From Sedimentisphaeraceae bacterium JB056 (GTDB taxonomy: Bacteria > Planctomycetota > Phycisphaerae > Sedimentisphaerales > Sedimentisphaeraceae): DNA of 64,000 bases. This document shows positions 10,936 to 21,000 of the stretch, piece by piece. Made by a program: the position numbers and the translations under genes. Location of the stretch: NCBI GenBank assembly GCA_044440125.1, contig JBITAJ010000027.1, positions 128,001-192,000 of the forward strand, read 5' to 3'. Numbering within the stretch: the first letter of the stretch is position 1; every line of letters begins with the position of its first letter. The notes beneath the pieces are model-generated. The model saw only the letters and a list, made by a program, of their open reading frames with translations. It was not told the origin of the DNA and made no database searches.

Positions 10936-11128
10936 CCTTGTTTTTTAACATTAAGATACTAAAAAAGGCGATAATGCACTGATAACAGCCATTATAGCCT
11001 TAGTAATTGTTAAACCGAAAGATTATTTTAACCGAAAGATAAATAAAAACCAGTTTTTTTAGGATTTTTTGAAAAATCAGCAAATAACAAGCCGTTATAA
11101 TCACTGCAGTTGTGGTTTCTGTCGTACT

Positions 11129-11764
11129 TTATTGAAGATTTACCAGCAGGATATAATAGTCTTCTCCTATTTTCTGACAGCCGGCAACTGATACCTCTCC
11201 AACATTTAGCAATATCTCTGTGCTGGATGAAAAATCTATCTCGGTTATTTCGTCGGAATTATTCTGTGTTTGTGATTTGTTCTGAACTGCAATGACCTGA
11301 TAATTCTTGTATTCAAATACACATTCACATCTAAAAGCGTTATTGCCGGTTTTTTCGTGCATTCGAACCTTGAAATATTTTCTATTTTCAAGCCATTTGT
11401 ATATAAATTTTGTGTACGGCTCAATATCCTTGCCGGTAACTGTTTCTCTTAATGGCATCATTACTTTGTCGGCAATTTTGTTTTCAGAAGCAGCATTTTT
11501 GACTTCTGTATTGATTTGCAGCTCTGAATAAGCCGCAAGAGTGGTGTCAGTCTCAGAAAACAGGCAGCCTATTACCTCCATTGCTGCGGGCATTTGAAAT
11601 GTTTCTGAATCATTGGTGCTGATCTGCCGGAATTGCTCGGCAGGCATTTTCATGAGCATTGCTCTTGCCGTTAAATTATGGTTAGTAGATTCTGATGCGA
11701 AGGCTGAAGTAATGGATATAGAAATAACGGCTAATAAGCCGAAAAAGTTTAATTGTCTTCTCAT
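11129..11764 (-). CDS. Secreted hypothetical protein, paralog of 11810-12502
   Basis: Signal peptide (..SAFA); GGAG RBS; C-terminus STEILLNVGEVSVAGCQKIGEDYYILLV resembles the neighbour. Confidence 0.75.
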   Translation of the reverse strand: MRRQLNFFGLLAVISISITSAFASESTNHNLTARAMLMKMPAEQFRQISTNDSETFQMPAAMEVIGCLFSETDTTLAAYSELQINTEVKNAASENKIADKVMMPLRETVTGKDIEPYTKFIYKWLENRKYFKVRMHEKTGNNAFRCECVFEYKNYQVIAVQNKSQTQNNSDEITEIDFSSSTEILLNVGEVSVAGCQKIGEDYYILLVNLQ

Positions 11765-11809
11765 TATATTTTCTCCAATATAGGGATTAATCTTCTACTG
11801 AGTATGGGT

Positions 11810-12502
11810 TCAATCTGACACATGCAAAAGCAGTACCAAGAAATCATCACCGATTTTTTGTGTCGAAACAACGACAGTTTGTCCTATATTGATGGCAAGG
11901 GTAGAGTTTATTTCAAAAGTAGACTTGCTTATTCTGTCACCCGGGATGGAAACTTTTCTTTCCGTTGTCTGCTCATTCAAGTTTTCATAGGGAGTGTAGT
12001 TATATATATCACAATTGAATGAACACCAGCAGTTTAGCGGGGTTTCTTCATCTGCACTGATTGGAGAGATTTTCAGTTTGAAATCGCATGTATCATCGAG
12101 GTCAAAATACTTGGTAAGATAGTAAGGATCTTGTGTTTTGGCGTCCGTGACTATTTCTCTTGCTCCAACTCGCATTGATTGGGAGCTTTTTGTCTCACCT
12201 GAGATTGTATTATTCTTATCGGCAGTCATCTGCATTTCTGCTATTTTCACAGGTTCAGAGTCGCTGCTGCCGTAAATTGACATCGCTATATCTCTGGGGC
12301 TAAAAAACGATACTGATTCTTGCCCGTCATACTGGATTGGCTCAAACTCATCGGCTCCTATACGCACCAGCATAGCGCTGGCATTAAACTTCTTTGGCAA
12401 AGCAGCATTATCTGCTCTCAAGGATGGCGACACTGCCAATACCATAATTGCCATAGCATACATGCCGGTCATGCTGAAAATAGTTTTTGTTAAATCCTTC
12501 AT
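11810..12502 (-). CDS. Secreted hypothetical protein, paralog of 11129-11764
   Basis: Signal peptide; AGGAG RBS; C-terminus STLAINIGQTVVVSTQKIGDDFLVLLL. Confidence 0.75.
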   Translation of the reverse strand: MKDLTKTIFSMTGMYAMAIMVLAVSPSLRADNAALPKKFNASAMLVRIGADEFEPIQYDGQESVSFFSPRDIAMSIYGSSDSEPVKIAEMQMTADKNNTISGETKSSQSMRVGAREIVTDAKTQDPYYLTKYFDLDDTCDFKLKISPISADEETPLNCWCSFNCDIYNYTPYENLNEQTTERKVSIPGDRISKSTFEINSTLAINIGQTVVVSTQKIGDDFLVLLLHVSD

Positions 12503-12576
12503 CTTTTCTCCTGTTTTAATGTCAATGTCTGTTCTGTTGTGACTTATTGACAGTTATTCGAATATCTATCCCGCAT

Positions 12577-13779
12577 CTATTTAAAATCTTTATATTCTTC
12601 CAGAAACTGTTCCAGTTCTTCAAGCTTTGATTTAATAATACGGTATTCTTTTATTCTATTGATCATATTTGTCATCCCATTACTGTTTGGATATTTAGTT
12701 TCCAGCTCGGCGGCATAGTGTTCTTCGAGGTCGAATATCTTTTGGTCAGCTATTCCCAAAGCAGCATCAAGGGCTTGCTGCAGGGAAGCGGAATTGTCTT
12801 GCAGTTCTGTTTTTAACTTAGTGAGTTTGTTTTCGGTTGCCCGCATGACAGGACTTATAGGTTCAAAATCCTTGCTGAGTTTTTCGAGTGAGATTTCCAA
12901 TGTTTGGATATTTTCATGGGTATCTTTGAGGAAAGATATTTCTTTCGCAATCTCGCGAGGAAATGCCATACGATAATATTGATGTTTGGGGCATCCATCT
13001 TTTTGATTCGAATCTTCTATCCGAAAGGAGATTAGAACTTCATCATCTTGTAATGGCTTTGGTTCCGGTAGATTTATGTCAGTCTTCTGTATATCGATCT
13101 TTTTGTTTATGAAATTGATGATGATTTCTGTTTGTACATCTTTTTCTATTTTGAACTTAGTCCGCATCTCCTCTTCACCCAATGTACAGATTAGTTCATA
13201 TTCTCCGGTTAGAATGTCGTTAACCAGTAACCCTTGTTGCGGAATATCGATTTCTTGAAGATGTGTATGTAGCCTGTAATATAAACCACTTCTATTATTA
13301 TCTCTTAAGTTAGGTATAGATATTTTCGCTTTAGCGGGTATCGTCGCTATGGCAAGAGAACCAGTTTGGTAGGTGATATTCATATTTTCGGCAATACGTT
13401 CGAAGTTCCATGTTTTAGCAGTGAATTGTGGTACTTTTCCCACAACATACACCTTAGTAATGCTGTCGCTTTCCACTTCAATATTTATTGGTTGGGTTAT
13501 AGCGGCATCATCATCAATAACCGCCTTGAGCGTATGCTCGCCAGTTGATAATTCCAGCAGCATCAGTTCAGAATCGTTGTTAGAATTGGGTGCCGCGAGT
13601 TTTCTCAAGTCGTCGTTGGCGCCTGTTTCGGTACCAATGGCTCCTTTGTTTTCACCATCAATAAAAATAGTAATATCGGAGGAGCCATGAATGACAACAA
13701 ACCCCGTGTCCTGTGCTGAAAGAGTTGCGGCACTAACTAACACAAATAACGCGTAAAAAACTGCTTTTAACCTGTACAT
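12577..13779 (-). CDS. Secreted PEGA-like domain protein with a helical/coiled-coil C-terminus
   Basis: Signal peptide; ITIFIDGENKG...LSTGEHTLKA and GSLAIATIP..AKI PEGA-like segments; AAGGAG RBS. Confidence 0.65.
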   Translation of the reverse strand: MYRLKAVFYALFVLVSAATLSAQDTGFVVIHGSSDITIFIDGENKGAIGTETGANDDLRKLAAPNSNNDSELMLLELSTGEHTLKAVIDDDAAITQPINIEVESDSITKVYVVGKVPQFTAKTWNFERIAENMNITYQTGSLAIATIPAKAKISIPNLRDNNRSGLYYRLHTHLQEIDIPQQGLLVNDILTGEYELICTLGEEEMRTKFKIEKDVQTEIIINFINKKIDIQKTDINLPEPKPLQDDEVLISFRIEDSNQKDGCPKHQYYRMAFPREIAKEISFLKDTHENIQTLEISLEKLSKDFEPISPVMRATENKLTKLKTELQDNSASLQQALDAALGIADQKIFDLEEHYAAELETKYPNSNGMTNMINRIKEYRIIKSKLEELEQFLEEYKDFK

Positions 13780-13894
13780 CCAATTTTCTCCTTATAAAAA
13801 CTCTAATAACCCTAATATTACCTTGAAAACCCCTAAAATCAAGAAATTATTTTGAAAACCGCAGGTATAAGCCATTGACGCTTAATTCGCTATA

Positions 13895-16800
13895 TCATTT
13901 TCTATGCATAACTGCGATTATTTTAGAACGTTGTGTTTTCTCTAAGGTTATCTCTTTGCGGTAGTCCTGATATCCTTCACCTCTTATGCAGAGAGTGTAT
14001 GTACCCGGCGGAGCTTCGATGTAGCTCAATTCAGCATCTTTATATTTGCTTCCATTGTATTCTATCCAGATTTCAAGACCTTCTATCTTGCGTCTTGTCT
14101 GGTTGTCAATAGTTATTATATCTGCAATTGACAGTAAATCAGGCTTGTATTGATCAAGGTCTATTTCAAGTTCCTGATTCTCCAGTATATCAAAAGTCAT
14201 TATTTCCTCCTGATTACGATCTTTGACAATATATTCACCTGCCGGTATGTTATCCATTCTATATTCGTTGTTGTCTTGATTATAAAATGTTTTCACTCGG
14301 TATTGATGTTTCTTGTTTTCAAATGTGAAGTTGGAAGAATCCGAAGGCAGCTTGCCGTAAACTGACGATGTCATGATGGGCAGTTTAATATCAATTGTGC
14401 GTAGATTTTCAGTTTTGAGTATATCTGTATTAAATACGAATCGTGCCATATTTGGGAAAAATATTTTAATATTGTAGTTTCCCTGCCTTAGATTTTCTGC
14501 TTTTGCTGTTCCGAGATGATCTAAATATAAAGAATAGCCTGTTGATGACGATTTTTCGAAATTTTCAAAAAGACATATGTCCTTTATTTTTGTCCTTTGA
14601 TCACCTTCAACCTTAATTTTAAAATCAACTAAATCCAAATATATATCACCTAAATCACATTGTGTATCGTTGGTGTTAAATTGCATGATTTTTAGATTAT
14701 GCGAATCGGAAATTTTGCATAAAAGTTGTTTGGTGCCTCCGGGAATACCGCTGAAATTGAAACTGCCATCAGAATTAGTCCGGCAGTTATTCATGAATCC
14801 GTCCATATGAGTTGCCATATCCTTGACGGTTAGATCAGCCTTGCTTAGTGGAGATCCGTTTAAATATATTCTGCCTGTAAGAAAATATGTCCCGCCGAAG
14901 TCAAGTTGTATACATTCATCTTCAAGCGGTAATGCCAGATTGCGGCATGCGCCTTGCGTTGATGAAGCAGAAGGATGGGTTATTGACAATAGTTTCTCAG
15001 GCAGTTTTGATAGTTTGTAATAACCATTTTTATCAGTAACTTTTGAATTTTTAGCATCAATGTATCTAATATAATTTCTCGTTTCAGATGTTGCAATAAG
15101 AGGGAAATGGGCTCTTGGGTTTCCATTATTGTCATACACGTATCCTTCAATACAGCATCCTCTATTCAAGATTATTTCTGTCGTATTTTGCTCAAGAGGT
15201 AAGCTTATGTCTATAATTTGCGATAAATAATCCGGATGCGTTACCTGAATAGTTTCAGCTCCTTGTGGTAGATTGAAAAGAGTAAAACTGCCGTCAATAT
15301 CACTTAGTTCCGCCCCGATTTCAGTTGTAAATACTTTTTCCCGGAATCCGTCTATTGAGTAGTCTGTATTTTTAGAGAAAGGTATTACCTTTGCATTGTG
15401 AACAGGCTGCCCGCTGCTGTCTAAAACTTTTCCCAAAAGAGAGACGCCTTTTGTTAATTCGACAGTGAATGATGTACTTTCTGTTGTGTCTAATTCTATG
15501 GTTTGCGGTGCGTAATATTCACTGTCTATTGTGAACTGATGTATTCCTTGCTCTCTGATTGTGAGTTGATATTTCCCGTTATCAGTATTTGGGAAATTAA
15601 TCCATTTATTATAAGCTTGAGTTTTTACTACTCTATGGAAGACTCTGAAGTTCTTTATCGGATTTTGAGTTTCTTTGTCCAAAATAATACCCGATATATT
15701 TATCTTTTCTTTGAGTTGTAATTTGAAGACATAATCATCAGATGGAATGTGAATATTGTCAAATCTACTGTTTTTAAGATTGGAATTTAAAAAATCAACA
15801 GTATAATTCCCTGAAGGTATGTCGTTAAACTCGAAGGGGATTTCCTTATTGTCGTTTTCTGTTTTTATGGATTGATGAAAATGATTGTCTCCGCAACGTA
15901 TAAACATTTGAGCTGCAAAAGGATTGTTATCTTCAATGATTACTTTTCCTTTGAAATTAGTTAATTGAGAAGCCTTTTTATAAGGGAACTCAAGATTGAG
16001 AATTTTATCTTCTTCAAGTGATATTGTAATCAATTTTTCGTATCGCTCCATTGTACCACCCCTGGAAACTAAAGCCTTAATTTCATATATGTCAGGTTCT
16101 ATATGTTTTAAGGTGAATGTGCCGTCGTTATTGATCTTACAGTTTGAATATGGTTTGCTGCAATTCCACCATTGAGGTTCTGCGTTTATTTCCAGAGCCT
16201 TTTCGGGAGTTTCATAAGGATAAGATATCTCACCTTGGATTTCGAAACCTTTCTTAAATACAACTTTTATACTCTCGATTACATCCGGATCGTTCATTAT
16301 GAGAGTTTGATGTGCAGGAGCATAGCAATTAGCTAACACAGAATGATTTTTATCTATTCTCTTATATTCTGAATGTATCAGGGTTATCAAGCGTGGGGTA
16401 GGAGAGGAGGGGATTCCTCCTATCATCATCTTGCCATTTTTGTCTGTTCTTTGGTAACCTCTGTTCAGCGGATAAGATGAAATGTCTGTTGAGGTGATTT
16501 CTGTTACGATTGCCTCAACATTACTGATTGGATTGTTCTCTTCGTCTATTGCCTCAATAGAAACCATACAGGCTTTGTCAAGCTGTATATGTTGAATGGC
16601 ATTAATTTCAGGTGTTATATTGATATTGATTGAATTACGGAGACTTTCGTGAATTCCTACATATTCAGTTGAGACAATTGTCAGGCTGAAATTGCCATAC
16701 GATTTGATCTTATCTTCATCAAAATAGTAAAATCCCAATTCATCTGTTTCTGTATTTGCATAGTAGCCGTCAGGTAGCTGAAGATGCAATTGAGCATCGA

Positions 16801-17866
16801 TCACTGGCTCGCCGGTTTCTTTGTCTGTTATCAGGCCACTAAGGACTCCTCTTGGGGTGAAGGTGTCTGTTGCTTCTTCAGTTGCGGCAGGGGATTCTTT
16901 TGGGTGCGTGGTTTCGAGAGCCGGTTGTTCTACGGGTGATTGTTGCAGTTCTTGTGGTGTTGGAGTTGCAATGGGTTGCGACAGATTTTCAGACGCATTG
17001 AAATGCATCTCTACGGGTGATGAATCGGTTGCGGTAATAGGCTGGATTGTTTCTGTTTTTTGTATTGGCTGAGACTTTTCATTATTGTTCAGGATTAATC
17101 CGGTCGCAATCGCGGCAGCGGCAATTATTGCAACAGTCGCCACTTTTACGGCAGTTGTCGCCATAATTGTTTGCAGTGCAGCAACAAAAGGAACTGAAGC
17201 GGAAGCCGAAGCGGCCGCCGTCGCCTCGCTTACCGCAACCCCTACAGGTATCGAAGAAATAGCGGCAATAACCGATGCCGTAAACTTCTTATCCGGTGCA
17301 GAATTGCGAAGCCCGGCCTGCATTTTTTGTTCTATTCTATCCCGCAGCATATTTCTTCCGCGAGATAATCTCTGTCTTACGGTTTCCTGAGTTAAAGACA
17401 AAAAAGCAGCTACTTGCTTGACAGAATCATCATGGCGATAATAAAGCACAAGAACCTCACGGTATTCTACAGGTATTGTCTCAAGTGTATCCCATAGCAT
17501 AGTATATTCCTCATCTTCGATGATCTTGTCTACTTGTTCTCCTTTCGGCTGATGTTTGAATTTGACCAGTTCTATATTCGAACCAATTGCTTTGGGAACA
17601 GTTTGAGCTTTTTTAATGTAATGGCTGACTGTATTGCGGGTAATTGTTGACAGCCATGCTTTGAGTTTCTTATGATCTTTGAGTGAAGAAAGGTTTTTCC
17701 ATACATTCAGGAAAACTTCCTGTGCTATATCTTCACTTGCATCAATATTTCCAATTGTACAATAAGCAATTGAGCAGACAAATGACTTATATTTATCTAC
17801 AAGAATTGCGAATGCCTTATGGTTGCCATTCAGGCATTCTTTAATTATTATTTTCTCGTCAACCAT
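13895..17866 (-). CDS. ECF sigma factor with a transmembrane segment and a ~1,050-aa extracytoplasmic extension of carboxypeptidase-regulatory-like repeats
   Basis: sigma2 (SEDIAQEVFL..W..L..LK...KLKAWL) and sigma4 (YREVLVLYY..ETVRQRLSRGR); TM VATVAIIAAAAIATGLIL; repeated G.ITD.ETG.PV, GKVLDSSGQPV, TD.NG.Y motifs. Confidence 0.9.
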   Translation of the reverse strand: MVDEKIIIKECLNGNHKAFAILVDKYKSFVCSIAYCTIGNIDASEDIAQEVFLNVWKNLSSLKDHKKLKAWLSTITRNTVSHYIKKAQTVPKAIGSNIELVKFKHQPKGEQVDKIIEDEEYTMLWDTLETIPVEYREVLVLYYRHDDSVKQVAAFLSLTQETVRQRLSRGRNMLRDRIEQKMQAGLRNSAPDKKFTASVIAAISSIPVGVAVSEATAAASASASVPFVAALQTIMATTAVKVATVAIIAAAAIATGLILNNNEKSQPIQKTETIQPITATDSSPVEMHFNASENLSQPIATPTPQELQQSPVEQPALETTHPKESPAATEEATDTFTPRGVLSGLITDKETGEPVIDAQLHLQLPDGYYANTETDELGFYYFDEDKIKSYGNFSLTIVSTEYVGIHESLRNSININITPEINAIQHIQLDKACMVSIEAIDEENNPISNVEAIVTEITSTDISSYPLNRGYQRTDKNGKMMIGGIPSSPTPRLITLIHSEYKRIDKNHSVLANCYAPAHQTLIMNDPDVIESIKVVFKKGFEIQGEISYPYETPEKALEINAEPQWWNCSKPYSNCKINNDGTFTLKHIEPDIYEIKALVSRGGTMERYEKLITISLEEDKILNLEFPYKKASQLTNFKGKVIIEDNNPFAAQMFIRCGDNHFHQSIKTENDNKEIPFEFNDIPSGNYTVDFLNSNLKNSRFDNIHIPSDDYVFKLQLKEKINISGIILDKETQNPIKNFRVFHRVVKTQAYNKWINFPNTDNGKYQLTIREQGIHQFTIDSEYYAPQTIELDTTESTSFTVELTKGVSLLGKVLDSSGQPVHNAKVIPFSKNTDYSIDGFREKVFTTEIGAELSDIDGSFTLFNLPQGAETIQVTHPDYLSQIIDISLPLEQNTTEIILNRGCCIEGYVYDNNGNPRAHFPLIATSETRNYIRYIDAKNSKVTDKNGYYKLSKLPEKLLSITHPSASSTQGACRNLALPLEDECIQLDFGGTYFLTGRIYLNGSPLSKADLTVKDMATHMDGFMNNCRTNSDGSFNFSGIPGGTKQLLCKISDSHNLKIMQFNTNDTQCDLGDIYLDLVDFKIKVEGDQRTKIKDICLFENFEKSSSTGYSLYLDHLGTAKAENLRQGNYNIKIFFPNMARFVFNTDILKTENLRTIDIKLPIMTSSVYGKLPSDSSNFTFENKKHQYRVKTFYNQDNNEYRMDNIPAGEYIVKDRNQEEIMTFDILENQELEIDLDQYKPDLLSIADIITIDNQTRRKIEGLEIWIEYNGSKYKDAELSYIEAPPGTYTLCIRGEGYQDYRKEITLEKTQRSKIIAVMHRK
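16790..17311. repeat. Copy 1 of a ~520-bp near-identical block shared by the two ECF genes
   Basis: Aligns with 20942-21463 at offset 4152; 72-nt perfect match 17222-17293 = 21374-21445. Confidence 0.9.
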
Positions 17867-17942
17867 GATTACTACCTCATACTCTTGATTTTAATCAAAA
17901 TCATATTTATTGCCATATCTGATTCATAAAATATATATCACA

Positions 17943-17974
17943 ATATAAGAGGACGTAATCTTAAAAAAGTGACA
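17943..17974 (-). promoter_or_regulatory. Putative ECF autoregulatory promoter
   Basis: Minus strand TGTCAC-N17-CTCTTATAT; same layout upstream of the paralog. Confidence 0.6.
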
Positions 17975-18016
17975 AGATTTTTTGATATTTTTAATAAATA
18001 TCCAGATTTTCAATCA

Positions 18017-21000
18017 TTATTCCCGTTCTAAGATAACTGTTATATACTGCATTGCTGTACCGGTATATGGTTGTGGCATATCAATTGTTTGAATATGATC
18101 CTTATATTCCGGCTTAATTACATGTAAAGTATATATCCCTGGAGCAACCCCGATTTCACATTTCAGCTTGATATCAAGTCTTCCTCCATCCTTTTCAAGC
18201 CAGGCAGAGTAATCAGGTATCGGTATTCCGCTTTTCTTATCAACTACGATTAATTGTTTAATAGCAGGGTCTGCCATTCCCAGATTCAACTCTAAAGACT
18301 GTTCCTTTTCAAGCTCAAAGCTTGTCAGTTGCCTGCCTGTATGCATCGACTCTATAATATATTTGCCGTGCGGTATATTTTCAATTTTATATGTGTTGTC
18401 TTTTGACGGCCTGATTCTTATAAAGAATGAAGAATCTTCTTTTTTGCAAATCAATACGTCATTTTGAAAATTCGTTGTGCCAAAAACTGAGGAATTGGTC
18501 TCAGGTAATTTGAAATTCAAGATTTGGGGTTTACTGTCAATGTCTATTTTTGCCTCGAATACAAAAATACCGGTTTGTTTCTTTCTTTCTACATTGAAAA
18601 AATATTTGCCTGGCGCAATATTCTTAGCCTCATATTTATTATTACCTATCGGTACCGCCTTCATATCGATCAAGGATGTTGGTAATATGTAATCTTTTTC
18701 TTCGGTAAACAGGCATTCTCTTATAGCATCATTTTCGCTTCCCTCAATAGTTATTTCGACATCAACGCAATCTAAGAAGATGTTGCCTAAGTCAAGATTT
18801 TGCCCATTGGTATCAAATTCTTTTATCAGTCGCTGCCCGTCAGATCTATCAGGCATTACGTAAACAAGCTTTTTTATCCCTTTGGGGATTCCGCTGAATT
18901 GAAAACTCCCTTCTGAATCTGTTTGACCTTTGTAAATAAACATTGACGGAAAGAATAAATATGGGTTACATATCCAGAGTTTTGCATTAGATAAAGGAGA
19001 ACCGTTTATAAACACTTTTCCGGTTAATAAAAAGGTATCTCCAAGATTGAATTGAGTTTTTTGCCCTTCAGCAGCGAAAATACTGCAACTGCGACCGCCA
19101 TTAGTATTAGATACATACCGATGTCTTATATTCCACAAACCGGAAGATATGTTGTCAAATTTATAGTAGCCATCCTGATCAGTCGTGGTAGATATAGGAA
19201 AACTTATATCTCTGATCGATGATAGGCTTATTGGATGATTTGGTATTATCTTGCTGTTGTTACTATATAGATAGCCTTCAATAACACTGCCGCTTTCTAA
19301 AGTTATTTTTGTTTCATTTACCTTTTCCGGTAATTCAACTTCTATGCTTTTTTCCTCATAATCTGGATGTACAACTTTTATAGTCTCTTTCTCTTCGGGC
19401 AGTTTACTGAGAATAAAACATCCATCACCATCGCTCAATACATAGTGGTTATTAGTTAAAATATTTTCATCTGCCTTAATAGCTCTGCTGTTAATTGTTA
19501 ATGGGATAATTTTGGCTGCCTTGATCGGTTTGCCTTTGCTGTCAATGATTCTACCGTTTAGAGTGGTCCCCTCTGTCAATTCAGCGGTGAAATTAGCAGA
19601 CTTTGAAGTGTTTAACGTCGTTATAAAAGGTGCGTAACCTTTGCTTGTTATAATGAATTTGTGACAGCCTTCTTCTTGTGCTTTGAACATGAACTTACCG
19701 TCTCTATTGTCTAAATATTCTGTCCATTTACCATCGTTATTGCTGTTAAGTGAGACATGGCTGCGAATAAATTGATGGAGAATTTTGAAATTATTTATCG
19801 GTTTCCCACTAACTTCGCTTACAACCTGCCCGGTTATATCTGATCTGTTGACGCATTTTAAAATTTGTTCGAAATCATCACAAGGTATTGCTATATTTTT
19901 TAATGAGATTGGGATGATTTCACTTCGTACCCAGTAAGATCCATGGATGCTAATGTCATATATGCCAGGGACAATGTTATTGATCGTAAAATGGGTTTTG
20001 TTGTCATTAATTTTTACTGTCTGCCTATAGTTATGATCATCATTTTTACACTTTATGTTAATTATGTCTAGATCACAGCCGCCTTCAGTAATTAACGTAC
20101 CGGAAAATGTTGAAAGATTTTCGGAAACAGTTTCTGTTTGATATTTTTTTTCTGGCAAAATGATACTTAGATAATCATCGTTATTTAATATTGAAGACAT
20201 CTCTAATTTATGATTTTGGCTGCTGTCTGTGTTACTGTATATTATTTTGTAAGTACCTGCTTCAATATTTTTGATAGAGAACAGACCCTCTTCATCTGTA
20301 TAAAAATTCAAACAGTTTTCAGAAAACCACCATTCAGGAGTTACAGACACACGGTAATTAACTGCAGGAGTACCGTTGTGGAGCAAGAGTTTACCATTTA
20401 TATCGAATCCCTTACGCATCGTAATTTTTATATTCTGGATCAACTCCGGTTCGGTGAGGATAACCTTCTTTTTTTGGGGGGCATAGCTATTTATACCTCT
20501 CAAGCCTGCATTTTTGTCTTCTACATTTGGATTATACAGCAGGTTAATTAAATAGGCATTATTTGAAGGTTTAATACCGCCAACCATTAATTTGCCTGTA
20601 TCATCGGTTGTTTCAGAAAAGTTATACTTCTCCTCATATATCCCATATTCCTCGCTGCATCCAATTGAAACTTTAACGTCTTTTATTGGATTACCCTGTT
20701 CATCAATTGTTTCAATTTCAAGCATGCAGGCTTTTTCAAGTTGTATGTTTTTGTTTATTTTTGCGTTTTCAGAGATATTAAGCGATACGGTATTGTAAAA
20801 TGTTTCATTCAGGCCGACATATTGCGTTGAACTTATGCCAAGTTCACAAATGCCGTATGAGGTGAGTTCATCGAAATAATAGAGCCCATTTTCATCAACA
20901 TGAGTAGTTGCGGTTTCACCATTTGGTAAGGCAAGTGATATTTGAGCATCAATCACCGGCTCGCCGGTTTCTTTGTCTGTTATCAGGCCGCTTAGAACTC

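Noticed and set aside
10827..11128. FMN riboswitch upstream of ribH, or c-di-GMP-I riboswitch suggested by ACGCAAAGCC near 10893
   Set aside because: No RFN consensus on the minus strand; the ACGCAAAG string is on the wrong strand and lacks the other GEMM stems
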